Shown: in pieces, positions 28,015 to 41,341 of the stretch
Numbering within the stretch: position 1 is the stretch's first letter
Layout of the letters: the number at the start of each line of letters is the position of its first letter
NCBI GenBank assembly: GCA_964187785.1
Contig: OZ076409.1
Coordinates: 806,001 to 870,000 of the forward strand
Source: Amphiscolops sp. MND2022
Taxonomy: Eukaryota
DNA length: 64,000 nucleotides
Direction of reading: 5' to 3'
Notes under the pieces: model-generated
The model's input: the letters and a program-made list of their open reading frames with translations, nothing else
Database searches by the model: none
What the model was told of the DNA's origin: nothing
Translations under genes and position numbers: made by a program

Positions 28015-28168
28015 GAAAGTACCTCATCAACCTGTCTGTGGCCGACTTAGTCACTGGCTGCTTCTCGGTGCCGTTCCGCTTCCAGATGCTGCTGTTCCAG
28101 CACTGGCCCTACGGCGCCCTCTTCTGCTACGTCTCCTGCTTCATCGACTACTGGAGTCTCTTCTGCAG
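28015..28168 (+). CDS. Class A GPCR, coding exon 2 (TM2, ECL1, start of TM3)
   Basis: Acceptor TTAG| in phase 1 matches exon 1; KYLINLSVADLVTGCFSVPF (TM2 NLxxAD), WPYGALFC (ECL1), FIDYWSLFC; phase-2 donor AG|GTTAGA at 28169. Confidence 0.92.
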
Positions 28169-28264
28169 GTTAGAACCAGCAGAGTTACCACGCTACCTAC
28201 TCACTCACTCACTCACTCACTTACCACTTGAAGACACTTAGAATGATGATCACAATATAGTGTG

Positions 28265-29317
28265 AACAAGACGGGAACGTCTAAAGTCGGCGCCATATCC
28301 AAGGCTCAAAAAGCTCAAAGTTTTTGAAATTGTAGAAGGGGGACTCTTTGGGCTTTTTGAAAATCCAGTTTGTTGCAAAATATCAAAAAAAAATGAAGGA
28401 GCGACCCTTCGGAGACATTGAAAAATTTCGAAAAATTTTTGAAATTTTCAAAAAAAAACAAAAAATGAGAACTTTTAACAGTCTCATAGCGCCAAAAAAT
28501 GTAAAAGAGGGCCCTTTAGGCTTTTTCAACATCCATTCAGCTGCAAAACCCAAAAAAATAGAAGGGGGCCCTTTGAAGACTTTAAAAAACGAAAAAAAGT
28601 CTCACAAAGCTGAAAAAGGGACCCTTCTGGGTTTTGCATTTCAAGGTAGAGGCCTTTGGATGCGTTCAAAATCAAGTACTGAGTACTTTTGGTAAAAGAG
28701 CATCTTTCACAAAAAGTGGTACATACGCAATGAGTGAAAAGTCTGACGAAAAAAAAGAAAAACAAGACGGGATCGTCTCAAGTCGGCGCCATATCTAAGG
28801 CTCAAAAATATTCAAAGAACAACTATTGGAAACATTCGGAAATTTTTTTTCGAAAAAAGTATTTTTTTAAAAAGACGCACAATGCCGAAAAACTCAAAAA
28901 GAGGCCATTCAGGCTCATTAAACGTTTTTACAAACCGAAAACTTCAAAAAAATGCAAGGGGTTACCCTTTGATAGAATCCGAAAATTTTCGAAAAAAAGT
29001 CGCATAGTGCCGAAAAAAACGAAAAAAATCAAACGAAAGAAAACCTTTGGTGTCGCATCTACTTTGGGAAGCATAAAAAATTTGTGGTTCAGTGCGAGAA
29101 TCGAACCCACGATCTCCGGCTTCTCAGAAAATTAGTTGAACAAATGAACAAAGATTGTAAGAAAAGTGGACCATTCAGAGTGAGATTGTAGGCTGAAAAA
29201 GAAAAAAAACTACCCACTGTAATAGTCGGGCTTTTTTCCTTAAGGGAAAAGGCGCCGACTAAAAACTAGCCACTGTAATAGTCGGGCTCTTTTCACTAGA
29301 AAAGCGCCGACTAAAAA
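28265..29317 (-). mobile_element. Two nested Helentron-like non-autonomous elements (inner copy 28761-29264)
   Basis: Two AACAAGACGGG...AAGTCGGCGCC ends and two AGTCGGGC...GCGCCGACTAAAA hairpin ends; removing the inner copy restores GTCTGACG(A)n-CTAG-CACTGTAATAGTCGGG as seen at ~34330-34380. Confidence 0.7.
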
Positions 29318-29952
29318 CAGATCTGTTTGCATGGCCTCATTAATTTACTCTTACTACGGCATAACAGGAACTAGAATCATCTTTATCTCAATCCCGTTCT
29401 TCTCAAACTTTACTGAATTGCTTTCAAAACCTCTTGTCAAAATCAAAGCCTCATCTCTTATAATGAAAACTTTTTGTGAAATGCAGGAAGGGACAATTAG
29501 TGAAACATCAAATGGAAGTCTTACCATAAAATCATCTCTCTCTTAAAAATGCGATTCTCCTGAATTCCAGATTTCTTTATTCCCCCTTTATATTCTTTCT
29601 TCGATAACTGGAGTTAATTTGATTCTTTCGCTCATTAAGTTCCGAAGGGGACAAATAACGAACGCCTCCCTTCCTGTTATTTCTACTTGAGCCCAAATTA
29701 CTTCGGGAAGCAACAGTTTTTGAAGCCGCATTGATCACAAACAAATCACAACAATGCTAAATCAGAGCCCAATCAACCAGAAAATGAAACTACTTACTTT
29801 CTATAGATTCTTTTAAATTTCTTTTTCCGCTGAATCAAAAGCCTTCTTTTTCGGTCATGCGTTTTCGTTGCTACCCAAATCTCGTGCACTAATTGACTTG
29901 ATCTTGGAAGTCATTCAATAGTCACTTAATAAGCCCACAAAGTTGAAAAAAA

Positions 29953-30454
29953 AACAAGATGAGAACGTCTAAAGTCGGCACCATGTCTCTAAGGCTCAAA
30001 AAGTGCAAAACATTTTTTTTGGAAAAAAACTCGAAATTTTTGAAAATTTTTTTCTTTCGAAAAATGTCGCATAGTGCCGAAAAAGGTAAAGGAGGGCCCT
30101 TTTGGATTTATTAACATACATTCTGTTGCACAATATCAAAAAACTCGAAAAGGGGACCCTTTGGGGACATTAAAAAATTTTCGAAAAAAAGTCGCACAGT
30201 GCCGAAAAAAATCCAAAGGGGGACCTTTAGGCACGTCCGGTTTTGTAGGTTTCCTTGAAAAAAGTAAAAAATGAAAGGGGGACCCTTTGGACTAAGTTTG
30301 CAGTTTGCCTTGGCCGGACTTGGCCTTAGGTAATTTCAGGATTGTTTCTAAAAAGTGGACCGATCAATGTGCGGATTGTAGTCTAAAGAAAAAAAAGGTC
30401 ACTGCTATAGTCGGACATTTTTCCTTAAAAGGAAAAGGTGCCGTTTTCTAAAAA
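29953..30454 (-). mobile_element. Helentron-like non-autonomous element, same family
   Basis: Same termini and internal GTCGCACAGTGCCGAAAAA and GGGGACCCTTT motifs. Confidence 0.6.
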
Positions 30455-30742
30455 CAATACATCATTAAGTTTAAGTGGTAGAGCCGAGATTTATGATGTA
30501 GATAATTCAAGTATTTTCTAACGGAGTTTGCCTTGCAGTATTGTGATTAATAATCACCTCTGGCCTGTTTTAGGCCGATCTTCTGAAAGATAGGCCCAAA
30601 ACATATCATTATACAGCAGGGGCCCCCAAGTGGCACCTACTGAACAGTATGCTTGGGGGGGGTTGGGTGGTTTGGTTGCGACTGTTTAATTTAATTTCAG
30701 ATAGTTTTACATTGGAGTTTTTTTTAAAATTCTGTGAAAATG

Positions 30743-31460
30743 TGTAACGTCCGGCACGCGGCGCGCATCTAGGAAGTGGGACAATGCCTAGGGTGCTTAA
30801 ACAGGAGACCGTTGTCTTACTACAGCCCCTGACATTAGTTTTTCTCCCAAAATGGTCTCCTATGGGGACTTTTCATACGTCTAAGGAGACTCCTCAGATT
30901 AGAGCTCCGAGGCGACGCGCCGGCACTCTCAAAGTCCGGAAACGCCCCACAAACCTTTAAAAACGATTCACAGGTTCCTAACGTACTCCTGCGACTTCCT
31001 ACATACTTCCGAGGTCCAAAAACGGTGTTCCGCAAAAGTACATTATATTTGCAGAATTAGATCAAAAATCAGCAAAATTGGGATCTGCTAGATCCAATTT
31101 CATCACAAACCTGCCAAAAACACTAAATACAACAAAATTAAATATTAAGAGTTCCTCGGGCATCTTAAACAAGGTTCCGGAGTTCTTGCAAAGATCCACT
31201 GACAGGTTGCACTTTGATTCTGGAGGGTCTCTTCCGACATTTTCCTGGATGATATGGCACCACACTGGGTTTCGCACTCTTTTCAGCCTTTTCCGGGTGC
31301 CTTCGGGTGTCGGGGACTACGGGGTGGTCTGTTTGTACGTTTTTTGGTTCTTCTAAGATTTTCGTACCTGATGTGTGGGCCATCTTGAATGTGTTTATTT
31401 GATATCTCACATTTCGAATTTTTCATCGAAATTTTGTAACATCGACTGCCTGACGTTACA
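30743..31460 (-). mobile_element. Possible LTR (~720 bp) of an unidentified element
   Basis: TGTAACGTC...GACGTTACA 9-bp inverted termini; GGGGAGGA purine tract adjacent on the minus strand; its end is homologous to 4022-4194; no TSD or partner LTR found. Confidence 0.5.
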
Positions 31461-31602
31461 TCCTCCCCGGGCCGTAGTTTGTCGTCCTGGACAAACAAGA
31501 GTGGGCGTTCACGTCTCGGTTGTCATCATCCAGGGGTACTGTTTCAGCAATATGCCATTTCAGGAAGCCGAACAAAAGTTAATGCCCAAAAAGAAGTTAC
31601 GG

Positions 31603-31684
31603 CCCAAAAACATGTTACTGTCCAAAAACATGTTACTGCCCAAAAACATGTTACTGCCCAAAAACATGTTACTGTCCAAAAACA
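31603..31684. repeat. 18-bp minisatellite (CCAAAAACATGTTACTGY), ~4.5 copies
   Basis: Direct tandem copies visible. Confidence 0.9.
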
Positions 31685-34121
31685 ATAGTTTTTGCCAGCC
31701 TAGCAGATTTTCTTGGATTCCACACCAACAATGGGTTCCTGCACTGGAAAAGGATTAGCAACTTTAGACACTTAGCATTGTATTTACTAGCACTTTGTGT
31801 GACCGCATCTGTACAAGTATAAAAAGCACTCATTACAACAAGTTTGGCACTGGCCGGGGCCCACCTGATTAGTATGGTTTTACAAAATGCACGATAGCAC
31901 TTGAAAAGCGAAAAATAAAAGTAACAGCTGTGGTCTTGCAAAAGTGTCGTAGTTCATGGCCAACAGAAACTGCACAATAAATAGCACCAATGGGAAAACA
32001 GAGCTCAAAAACTAAAAATATCATCAAAAGTGAGGACCCGTTCTGTCTTTTGTGTTAGCAGTGTACGCTCAGATAACGGTATCGTCTAGGTAGTACAAGC
32101 ACCAGTGTATATGTGAGATGGAAATAAACTGCTTGGGCATTATAACCAACTTCCAGAGCAATCATTTGAGTTCTAAAAGCACTGCCGCTGGCCAAGCAGT
32201 TCTCAGAGCTCCCAAGCTGCAAGTGTTTTATCATGCTTGGTGTTGATTTCACTCGGGAGAGTACAGGTACTCCCCGGGCCAATCTCTTGTCCGTTGTTTT
32301 CACATCGGCATAGTTCACACAACTGTAGTACTGAGAACCGAGGTACACCTTTGGTATGATTCGAGCAACGAGCACTGATTTTTGAGAAGCCTGCTTGGCT
32401 ACAGATGCTATATTGTGTGAAAAGTCCGTTTGTCACTCATGCTGCCCTGTTTCTGGGCAGCACAAGTGAGGACGTAAATGAGATCAGGGACTGGGAATAC
32501 GCCTTGGGGGTGAGTAAGAGGAAGGACAATGAGTTTGAAGTGATTTCTTGCCTTACGATTGTAGTACGATCAGAAAAGGAGAGATTTCGACTTGTCCAAA
32601 AAAAGTGGTTGCTGAATTCCCAAAATGTCGCAAAAATAGCCCGTTTTTGACTATATCTCGGCAACCACTGATCGGAATTACTCGCGGTTTTCTGCGTTTG
32701 CAACGTTACACTCCTTATTAACAGAAATTAGGCAAGCGAAACCTGGTATGTTCCAAATAAAGTCTTTCTAAAAATGTTCCGATTCCTTTTTTTACACTCT
32801 CGCAACAGTACTGAAAATACGTATTTTCGCAAGGAACTTTCTGTTTCTCTGTTCTCAGACGTTTCGGATAGTTTTAATAGTAGCGTAGGAAGGTGCAATA
32901 ATTTTATTCAGGGGACTGGGGTTCTTTTAATTATCAATTTCGTTTTAATACAGCTCAGGTCTATGGAGGTCCTCCACTCAGGTCTATTTGTAACAAAAAA
33001 AGCACTTATAGTCTCAATTTATATGGGGGATCGCTTAAAACCGTTTGTGGAAGTAGTGTTTTGTACAGCCAAGCTCAACAACAAAACTTTTGGGCTGTTC
33101 AAAAAGCTTGGGAACGGACGCCCAAGGCTTCGCCCTTGCCAAATTTGGTCAATCTTTTTCGCAATTTTCACAATTTAGCCCAACAAAAGGTTTTGTTCCT
33201 GACCCAGTAGGTCTGTTGGAACGTTCTTTTAGTATTCCCACTGGCCGTATTTTTTTCTACAAAAATTTGGCTTTCAAAATCGGTAAAGTCGAATTTTGAG
33301 CTATATATGGTGTTATTTTCAAAATTTTTGCGCTCAAATTATTTAACAACCGGTCCGAACACCCACAGGGTACTTTTCCCAGTTGGGGGATGTAACCCGG
33401 TTGACGTGGGGATACGGCAATCACAGGGGTGTGGGAGGTGTGGTTGCGTAGGACGTCACGTCTTCGTGTGAGCTAGCGGGAACCTTCACTGCACGTCCTG
33501 TCGGTCCCCATACATTGCAAAATTGCTGAAATGAGGCTACAGAACTCTTTAAAACCAATTCCGGATAAGCCGGGTTAACGTTTTCAACAGGTATAGTAAA
33601 GGCAAAAGGGGTACACTGTTTGAAACCGTCTATTTCTTGTTCCAGACCTCGAAAACATGCAGGAAACGCAGGAATTCTGTCAGAAGAAAGCCTAGTAGGA
33701 TCAAAAAAAAACAATAAAAATAATCTAGGACCCTCCCATAGGTTTTCCTAGATCTGAAACCTCCAGGGCCGGAAAGCAGGACAACCTCCTAGATGGATGC
33801 AAAAGTGAAAAATATCCCTGTGTTCAGCAAAAGTACATTATATTTGCGGAATTAGTTGTAAAATCAGCAAAATTGGGATCTGCTAGATCCAATTTCATCA
33901 CAAAAACAAATAAACAACTTTAAGTGTCTGGTGACGATGCTCAGCATTTATGGAGACGCTTTCTTTATCACAGCGCTGCACATAATATTTCCCAGAATAT
34001 TAGCGAGAAAGAAACTAAAATTGAGAATATAAATAACCAAAATTTACCTAAAAATGGTGTATCGTAACTTCCACATAATTGATCGCAAATGTTCAAACAT
34101 ACATATATACATACATACATA

Positions 34122-34413
34122 CATTAAAAATTTTCGAAAAAATAATTCGCACAGTGCCGAAAAAAAATTGAAAGGGGGGACCCTTTGGATTCTTCCGGTT
34201 TTGTAGGTTACGTAAAAAAGGTAAAAAATGAAAGGGGTACCCTTTGCACTAAGTTTCCATTGGTAAGACTTGGCCTGAGTAGTCTTATCAGTTTCTGTAA
34301 AAAGTGGTACATACGCGATGAGCTCTGTGGTCTGACGAAAAAAAAAAAGAAAAAAAACTAGTCACTGTAATAGTCGGGCTTTTTTCCTTAAAGGAAAAGG
34401 CGCCGACTAAAAA
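34122..34413 (-). mobile_element. Partial Helentron-like element next to an (ACAT)n microsatellite
   Basis: Same family motifs and terminal hairpin AGTCGGGCTTTTTTCCTTAAAGGAAAAGGCGCCGACT. Confidence 0.6.
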
Positions 34414-34890
34414 CGAGAACTGTTTTAAAACACCCCTGGAGAATGGCATGGTTTTAAAACACCCGGTTTGAAAACATGCCAACTCTTGTTTTTGGTTCCA
34501 AGTTTTTCAAGAGGTTTGCTGATAGGGCGCCGTGTCCCTGAAAGCCATTTTTCCTGAATAGTCGGTCTGTATTTTGTACGTTGTGTATCCAACGCTATCC
34601 ATTACAATACTCCACCCCCAACAAGAAGTTGATTTCCCCAATTCCGCGGGGTGGACGCCGAAGAAGCAGTTCTGCTTTTCTAAATCGGCACCCTTTCGGA
34701 TACTATCTGCCCATAGCAGCTATGGTACCATATTTGAAGCCAATTGGTCAAACAATGGTGTTCTTGAAGCTGTCGTTTCAAAGTGACTGCTCACCTATGC
34801 CTGTTTTGCTTTTCTCCGCCAAAGGCGTTATTTTTCGGCATTGAATATACCCATTAAGCTAGGGATGAAAGACTTGCTCAAGCCCAACAA

Positions 34891-34966
34891 TGGTGAGTCG
34901 AGAGAGATTCGAACCTGATGCCGCTCCAGTACAGGACGAATGCTCTAACCACTACGCCATGCTCCC
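34891..34966 (-). repeat. tRNA-derived sequence (SINE head or tRNA pseudogene)
   Basis: A box TGGCGTAGTGG, B box GGTTCGAATC, ends ...CACCA; stems do not pair, so not a functional tRNA. Confidence 0.6.
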
Positions 34967-37437
34967 TCTGTTGATTAGTCACAGCACCGAGATTACGAGT
35001 CAGTTGTTCTTTCTAAAATTTCTGTGTCTGAGTTTTTTGCTGCAGGTGCTTCCAGTGGTTCACTATCGGCGATTAACATTTGCAGGTGGATTGTTTGGAT
35101 ATGCAACGATGTGGTACGGTTTTCACTTACGAAGCGGCCTCAGTCGAATTCACTTCCCGTTAATTGGGAGAGTCAACTGTTCATAAAGCAAAACGATTGT
35201 TTTCGGGACGAGTCATACGATTGACTCTTTGAAAAGCCATCGCGTCGTTCAAAACAACTATTGACTCAATTTTGTGCAATTAAATGCAGCTTCCCAATTA
35301 ATTGATTGTTCTGCTGTGTAAAACTCAATTAATGTTTTGAGGACTCTGAAAATATGTAACAGCAAGCAGTCGCCGTCGCTTCTGTTTTTTTTTGACATGG
35401 GTATTTGCCCGACACAGGCGCCCATAACCATAGGCCCAGTTTGGCTCCTGAGGTAAAGCGTGTCCCGCCAGGAGGAAGTCTCGCTTCTAAGGAGCTCTTG
35501 CCGACCTATTTCAGTCTGTAATTGCTGTCAGTAACGTGAATTATGCTTTTTTTCTAAAATTATCGCTAAGACAGCCTTTAAAAACGTTCCAAGAAGAAAT
35601 AATGTAAATCGTCAATCAGGGTGACTTGCAGAATAACGTCTGAAAAATGTAAAATAATCTCGTCGAAAACAATAATTTGGCGATATCCACATTCAGCTCG
35701 TAAGCTGGGGCACCACAGGCACAGATTCGTTAAAAAGACAAAAAGACTCCTTTTGCGGTTTTTGCTACTTAAGGAAGCATACTGCTGGAATCAAGAAAAA
35801 CCGGGTATTACCACCTGTAAAAATGTCTTTTCAGACGTTTTTACGGTCTCTGGGTTTCTGGGTCTCTGTCTGTGGTGGGGGCTTTTTTGTGATCTCGCTT
35901 GGTCATGCTTTTTGTTTTCCAAGTACCTGCCGCTTTCGTAGAAACAGCGAAAAGAGCAATCACATGCTCAGTTCCACGTCAAATATCGAAATCGACTTTT
36001 TCACCAAATTTCTGAACATGTTCCAATTCCAATAGCGATTGATTTTGGGTGTACCAGAGGATGCCATTTCATTAATTGACCGTGTCCCCAATTTCTTTTT
36101 GAACAGCCTGCATATTTGTGAAACACAGAAAAATCAAAGAATTTTTATTTTCATCATTTTTCGAAAATTACCGGCACTTTTGAAATATCCGATTTTGATA
36201 TTTGCCTCATGTTGCTTTTTCTAGAATCGCTACTGCGGTCTTCCCGAATTAATGAACATGGCGGCGCGCGCAAACAAATCTGAATATTCTATTCCTCAGT
36301 GCATTGTTCAGTGGTTTTGGCAAGAAACTGACTGCAGCAGCCCATTCTAGAAGGAATGGCCATGCATCAGTGGATGCAACTGTTTCAACTGTCCTTGCAC
36401 GTTCTTTTTCTATCTCACCATCAAAACAGTTTCTTCCTAAACTTCAGAAAGGACGTCGTCCAGTTTTGCGAAGGTGAACTTAGGAAGTGATCAAAGTGCC
36501 TTAAAATAAGTCATCTTCAACCATTCAGCTATGTAAATTGTTAATTCTCCTTTTCTGAAGACTAATGTCTTTCTTTTGTCTTTCATCATATCGGCATCTT
36601 TTTATTTTCCGCCCACATAAATGGGTGAGGAAAATCATGATCTGTGACGCGTTTTTTTACAAATTCTGCCAAAACTCCACTTTATCTCCACTCCATGGAG
36701 TGAAGTACACTTCAGTTATTGCTTTCGCAGCCAGTAGGTCGTGGGTTCGAACCCGGGCTGGTGCTTGAATTTTTTTCGTGTTTCCCAGCCAGTAGGATCC
36801 TCTCCTTCGTCATACTTTTTTTCCGTGTCGCGGAAAATATCCGGGTGCTTAGCTGGCGTCTTTTCAGTTTCATGCAACTTGTTTGTAATTGTTGAGCTTG
36901 GATCGCTCGTATTTCACGTTCCTCTGCAAGAGTAGTTCACAATCCAATGGCTGCAGCTTTAAATCAACACAATATACATGTAGTAAATGATGTTTGTGAA
37001 AGATAAATTTCCACTGCGCAAAATGAATTAAGTAAGTCTCTTTGACACTGCCATATTTTTCATTCACTCGGAATGTGAAGCAAAAATGTCAGCTGACAAG
37101 AAAATAAATTATTCACACTCTAGGCGCGTTTCGAACTCGTATCACTGGTCTAGAAAATACGTCATAGCTTTTCAGTTCTGCGAAGATCTTTTCTGCCTTG
37201 ATTCTGTTTCATTTTTGTACATGTGATGAAAATGTTTTTTTTTGGATTACTATGATTTAATAGCGATTTGCAACCGATTGAGACTGAAAAAATGTACAAA
37301 CTGGAATGAAATTCAACTGGGTTGGAACTCTAAAATACGTCTTGTTCCGACTGCCCAATATTCCGCTAACGATGTTTTTTCCGTAAGTGCTAAATCGTTC
37401 TATCATTAAAGTCCTTACTAAATAAAACATAGATAGT

Positions 37438-37982
37438 ACTATTCTGGGAACACTTGTGATAACCATTTACGTCAACCATATGCAGCTTAAAAATGAAAAA
37501 CCATCTAAGCTATTTCAGTATGCTGATGATACTACTGTATTTGGTGTTTCAAAAACACTAGATAGTGGAAAAGATATACTCGAGAGAAATGTTGAAAACG
37601 TGTTATCTTTATTTTTCAAAATCATCAACTGAATCTCAATGCCGATAAAGCTGATTTCATCATGGCTTGCCTGTCTAAAAATAATTCTACTGAACAGTTG
37701 AAATTAGGTGTTGAAACTTGAAACAAAATAAACAAAATGTGTTAAGTATTCGGAATGTGTATATTTAGAATCTATCTTTTCAGTTGAAACTGAAAAACAG
37801 AAAAATAGCCCGCGAAATTAAAACCATACAAAACAAAAGAATTTTATCGTTGAAATCATTGGTTTGAGTCATCTTCAATATTCGTCTGTTCTTTTGAACG
37901 TGTCACCCAAATCTTGAAAACAACCTCAACAGAGAAGCAGATGAACTAAGGAACAAATATTTTATAAACATAAATTGGACAG
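37438..37982 (+). pseudogene. Non-LTR retrotransposon (CR1/L2-like) RT fossil, interrupted by element B and probably resuming at ~54150-54380
   Basis: ILGTLVITIYVN...LFQYADDTTVF...NHQLNLNADK resembles LINE RT motifs (GPLLFxIYIND, YADD, LxLNxxK); frameshifted. Confidence 0.75.
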
Positions 37983-40273
37983 TGTCACAGTCCGCTCCCG
38001 GACTGGATTGCGGATGCAGGAGAGTTGGCTTTGGGCGTGGACATGGGTGCACCGCAAGACTCACGAAAAGGTATTTTGGCTATTAACTCGAACTCTAACT
38101 AAATTTAAATAAACTGTGACTTGAAATGCAATAATACTTTTGCCTAGCAAAAATTCCAAATAAAACTAGTGAACGCGTTCTAGATTTTTCATGCTCTCGC
38201 AAAATTGAATAAAATAGTACCGGAAATGTAAAATACACGTGTACCGCGCGCAAATTTGAGCGGAAATGAAATAAGGAAGCAAAATAATCCAAAAATGATT
38301 TCACGCATGTTTGGCTGGACGAGCCAACCACGACAAATGAAACATTCACAACCTGAAAATTAGAATAAAACTATCCCAGGAATAAAGAGACCATAAGCTA
38401 ATCTAAATGAAAATACATTTCATTCGGACCTAAAACAGGAAATTACAGTGAGACAACACACCGTGGTAATTAAGCCTTTTCTTAGAAAGACAGCTTAATT
38501 ACTCTTTTGAACAGCAATTAAAGTGATTTAGGACGTCGTCAATACTGCGCTGAGTAAACAAAGCGGCGAAAGAAACAAGAATACATGTATATTTGTCGTC
38601 AATAGGACGCAGACAAGTTTGAAGGCATACCAATTGACGTCACAGCCTCGCATAAGCGTACCAGGAAATCATTCCAATTATCCGCCTATACTAATAGCAT
38701 AGGTAGAAATCATTCCAATTTACCGCCACTGTGACGTCACTGCTCCGGTAGCTAGCGAGAGACTCATTTCTAAAATACTCGTCAACATGACGTTGACAAG
38801 TTCATGAAATTCAACTCTGCCAAGAAAACTCGTCAACATGACGTTGACAAGTTTATGAAATTGAATAAAGTGAATGAATTTGCTGAATTTAGTCAAGTTT
38901 TCATCGCGTAAAAGCCGTTATTTCTTAAGGAAAGAAAATTGCAGGCTGTTGCAAATTGTATAACGAACGTATTGTTGATTTTTCCATGGTTTAAGGTCTC
39001 AATTTAGAATGCGTTTTGACACGAGCAGGATAATTTTAACCTCATGTTAAGTAACTATCGTGCGCTCTTAACAATAAGGGAATTCCCGTGCATAAACCAT
39101 CTTATTACAAGATTCCACAGTAGATTAATTAGGAAGTCACAGTTTATTCTCTCCAACTAGAAGCTTATTATGTACCAGAAATGTATTTTTCATATATTTT
39201 GCATTTTTGTATTCTACAACATTGAGCGCTGTATTTGTGGCTGTGATCATGTTTTCTATATTAATCCATCCGTTGCTGTCCAGTTATTTACGTTGTGTTG
39301 GTGTTGTCATTTAACGAACGTTGCTGTTAATTTTATAAACCTTGTCGCATTTGACGCGACATGACAAAGTTGCTAACAAAGTATTATTTTCATATCGTGA
39401 TTTCATTCTCATCTCTATCAAAGGATTGAGTCCAAATTCATAAAATATCGTCCTAGCATCGTTTAAATATTCCTATTTTGGAATTAGTCATAGCATTTTT
39501 ATCAAAGCGAAGTTCAAAATCAGGTATTTGTTGTTCACGTCAGCGTCATCTCAGCGTCAATTTCCCGCGAACCAAAGCAGTAAAACAGGGAATCATTTCC
39601 GGTTTGACAGACTGAAGTAATATCTACTTCCTGCTTGGGAGGAAGCAAAAGGACGCCGAGATGAAACGATATGATCAAATTTGATGACTAATACTAAATG
39701 AAGATCATCGTGTCTCAAAAATTGACGAAATGTCGACGTAAAATTGGGAACAAAATGATTTTTTCATCGAGAATACAGGAAATGACTAATTGTTCGAGGA
39801 AAATTAGGGCTTTGTTCGTGATCAAATGATGCTGGGAGGGTATAAATATGTTAGGAGTTGATGACAAAGGGACTCAGTCTTTTGCAATTGTACAATTCAG
39901 TTGAATTTTCAATTTCACTCTTGCCTTGTTCTACTTTGTCAGAAAAATCTTTGAAAGAAATTCAATTCTTCAAGATCAAACTTTTCTACAAAATGTCGAC
40001 AACAAGAAGCCAAAAAAGGAAGGAACGATCAGCAAAGCACCAGTGAGAACGTAAGTGAAGGCTTGATTTCACCCATAGTAGTAGGAAATCCTTGTTCTTT
40101 GAATCAGGACGATGAAGTAGCGGGGCCTTCTAGACCTAAATCCCCCCGGATTGAGAATAGTCTCTTTGAAAGCTTGAGAACTTCATTAAAGGAAGAAATA
40201 ACGTCAGAGATTAAGAATCTTCTTATTGAATCTCAGAAGGAGATGTTGAAACTCCTTAAACCTGAAACAAGAG
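37983..40273 (+). repeat. Element B 5' LTR (last 117 bp and PBS deleted)
   Basis: Matches 51740-54027, then jumps into gag after GAAACAAGAG. Confidence 0.93.
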
Positions 40274-41297
40274 CACACACAAAAACCAGCCCAAAAGAAC
40301 AAAAGCCAGGTCTCAGAGCCAGCCGCCGTCAAAAGAACGTCCAGTAGCGGCAAGGACTTTATTTGCAACAGATAAAAACGATAGCACTACTCTGCCCATG
40401 CCAAAAGCACTAACGGCGTCACTCCCGACCTTCGACGGGAAGTCGGAAAAATTTGAACTATTCGAAGACCTTTTCCGGAATAACATAAAATTGTACCCGC
40501 ACCTTACTGAAATCCAAAAAATAAACTACTTCCACTCCCTCCTCAGGGGAGATGCCTTACAAGCATTTTGTAATATCGAAGATACGAAAAAGGATTCCCT
40601 TGATGAGATCATGACGATTTTCAAGCGACGTTTTGGAGACTATTTGTCTATGGCCAAGGCAAGATGCGAATGGGACGCGCTCAAATTCGACCCCTCGAAC
40701 CAGAAACTCCACGAATTTCTGGACATACTTCAAAAAACTGCCAAGGAAGCTTTTGGCTCTGAAGCCCAACAATTTATTGATAAGGCGATCTATGCAAAGA
40801 TGCCAGACCACGTCAAGAAAATACTAAACAGGGCATACCTCGAGGATAAACCCTATAATGATATAGTACTCCACCTAGAACGCGAAATGAGACTTAACGG
40901 CTTAGGAGCGCCGGATGAGGTAACCTTAGTACCGCTAAACAAGGTAGAACCAGCCCCAGCAAAAACTGAGCCCAAACAAGTCGACAACACAACGCAAAAT
41001 GTCAAAAAAGGATATTGCTTCTACTGCAACAAATTTGGACACTATAATGCAGAATGCAGAAAAATGAAGAGAGATAAATGGATGCAAACCAGAAAAAACA
41101 ATAGTCAAACTAACTCTAGTGCAGGCAAACCGCTCAAATGCGAACCATGTGGCAAACCCCACAAAACGGAAGATTGTTGGAACGGAGCCAACTCTGCCAA
41201 TGATCCACGACCTAAGCGTCACAACAATCCAGAATCAAAAAAGGACGTTCCCGTCCAACAAACGAAGGCCAACGCTGTCACTGATTCAAAAAACTAA
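39993..41297 (+). pseudogene. gag: Element B gag (+1 insertion near 40019, deletion at 40273)
   Basis: LPTFDGKSEKFELFEDLF...QKINYFHSLLRGDA; zinc knuckles CFYCNKFGHYNAEC and CEPCGKPHKTEDC. Confidence 0.9.
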
Positions 41298-41341
41298 TTA
41301 CGCCGCGCCTGCGCTTCGGGGAAACAGTAGACGCGAGGGCG
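41288..41341 (+). promoter_or_regulatory. Putative -1 programmed ribosomal frameshift signal (gag to pol)
   Basis: Slippery A_AAA_AAC immediately before the gag TAA; the -1 frame is the pol frame and is open through to the protease; GC-rich CGCC-GCG...CGCG-GGCG stem starts 6 nt downstream. Confidence 0.8.

Noticed and set aside
28348..29135. Lys/Phe-rich ORFs 28348-28695 and 28734-29135
   Set aside because: Chance translations of A/T runs in non-coding repeats
34891..34966. Functional tRNA gene
   Set aside because: A and B boxes are present but the acceptor, anticodon and T stems do not pair
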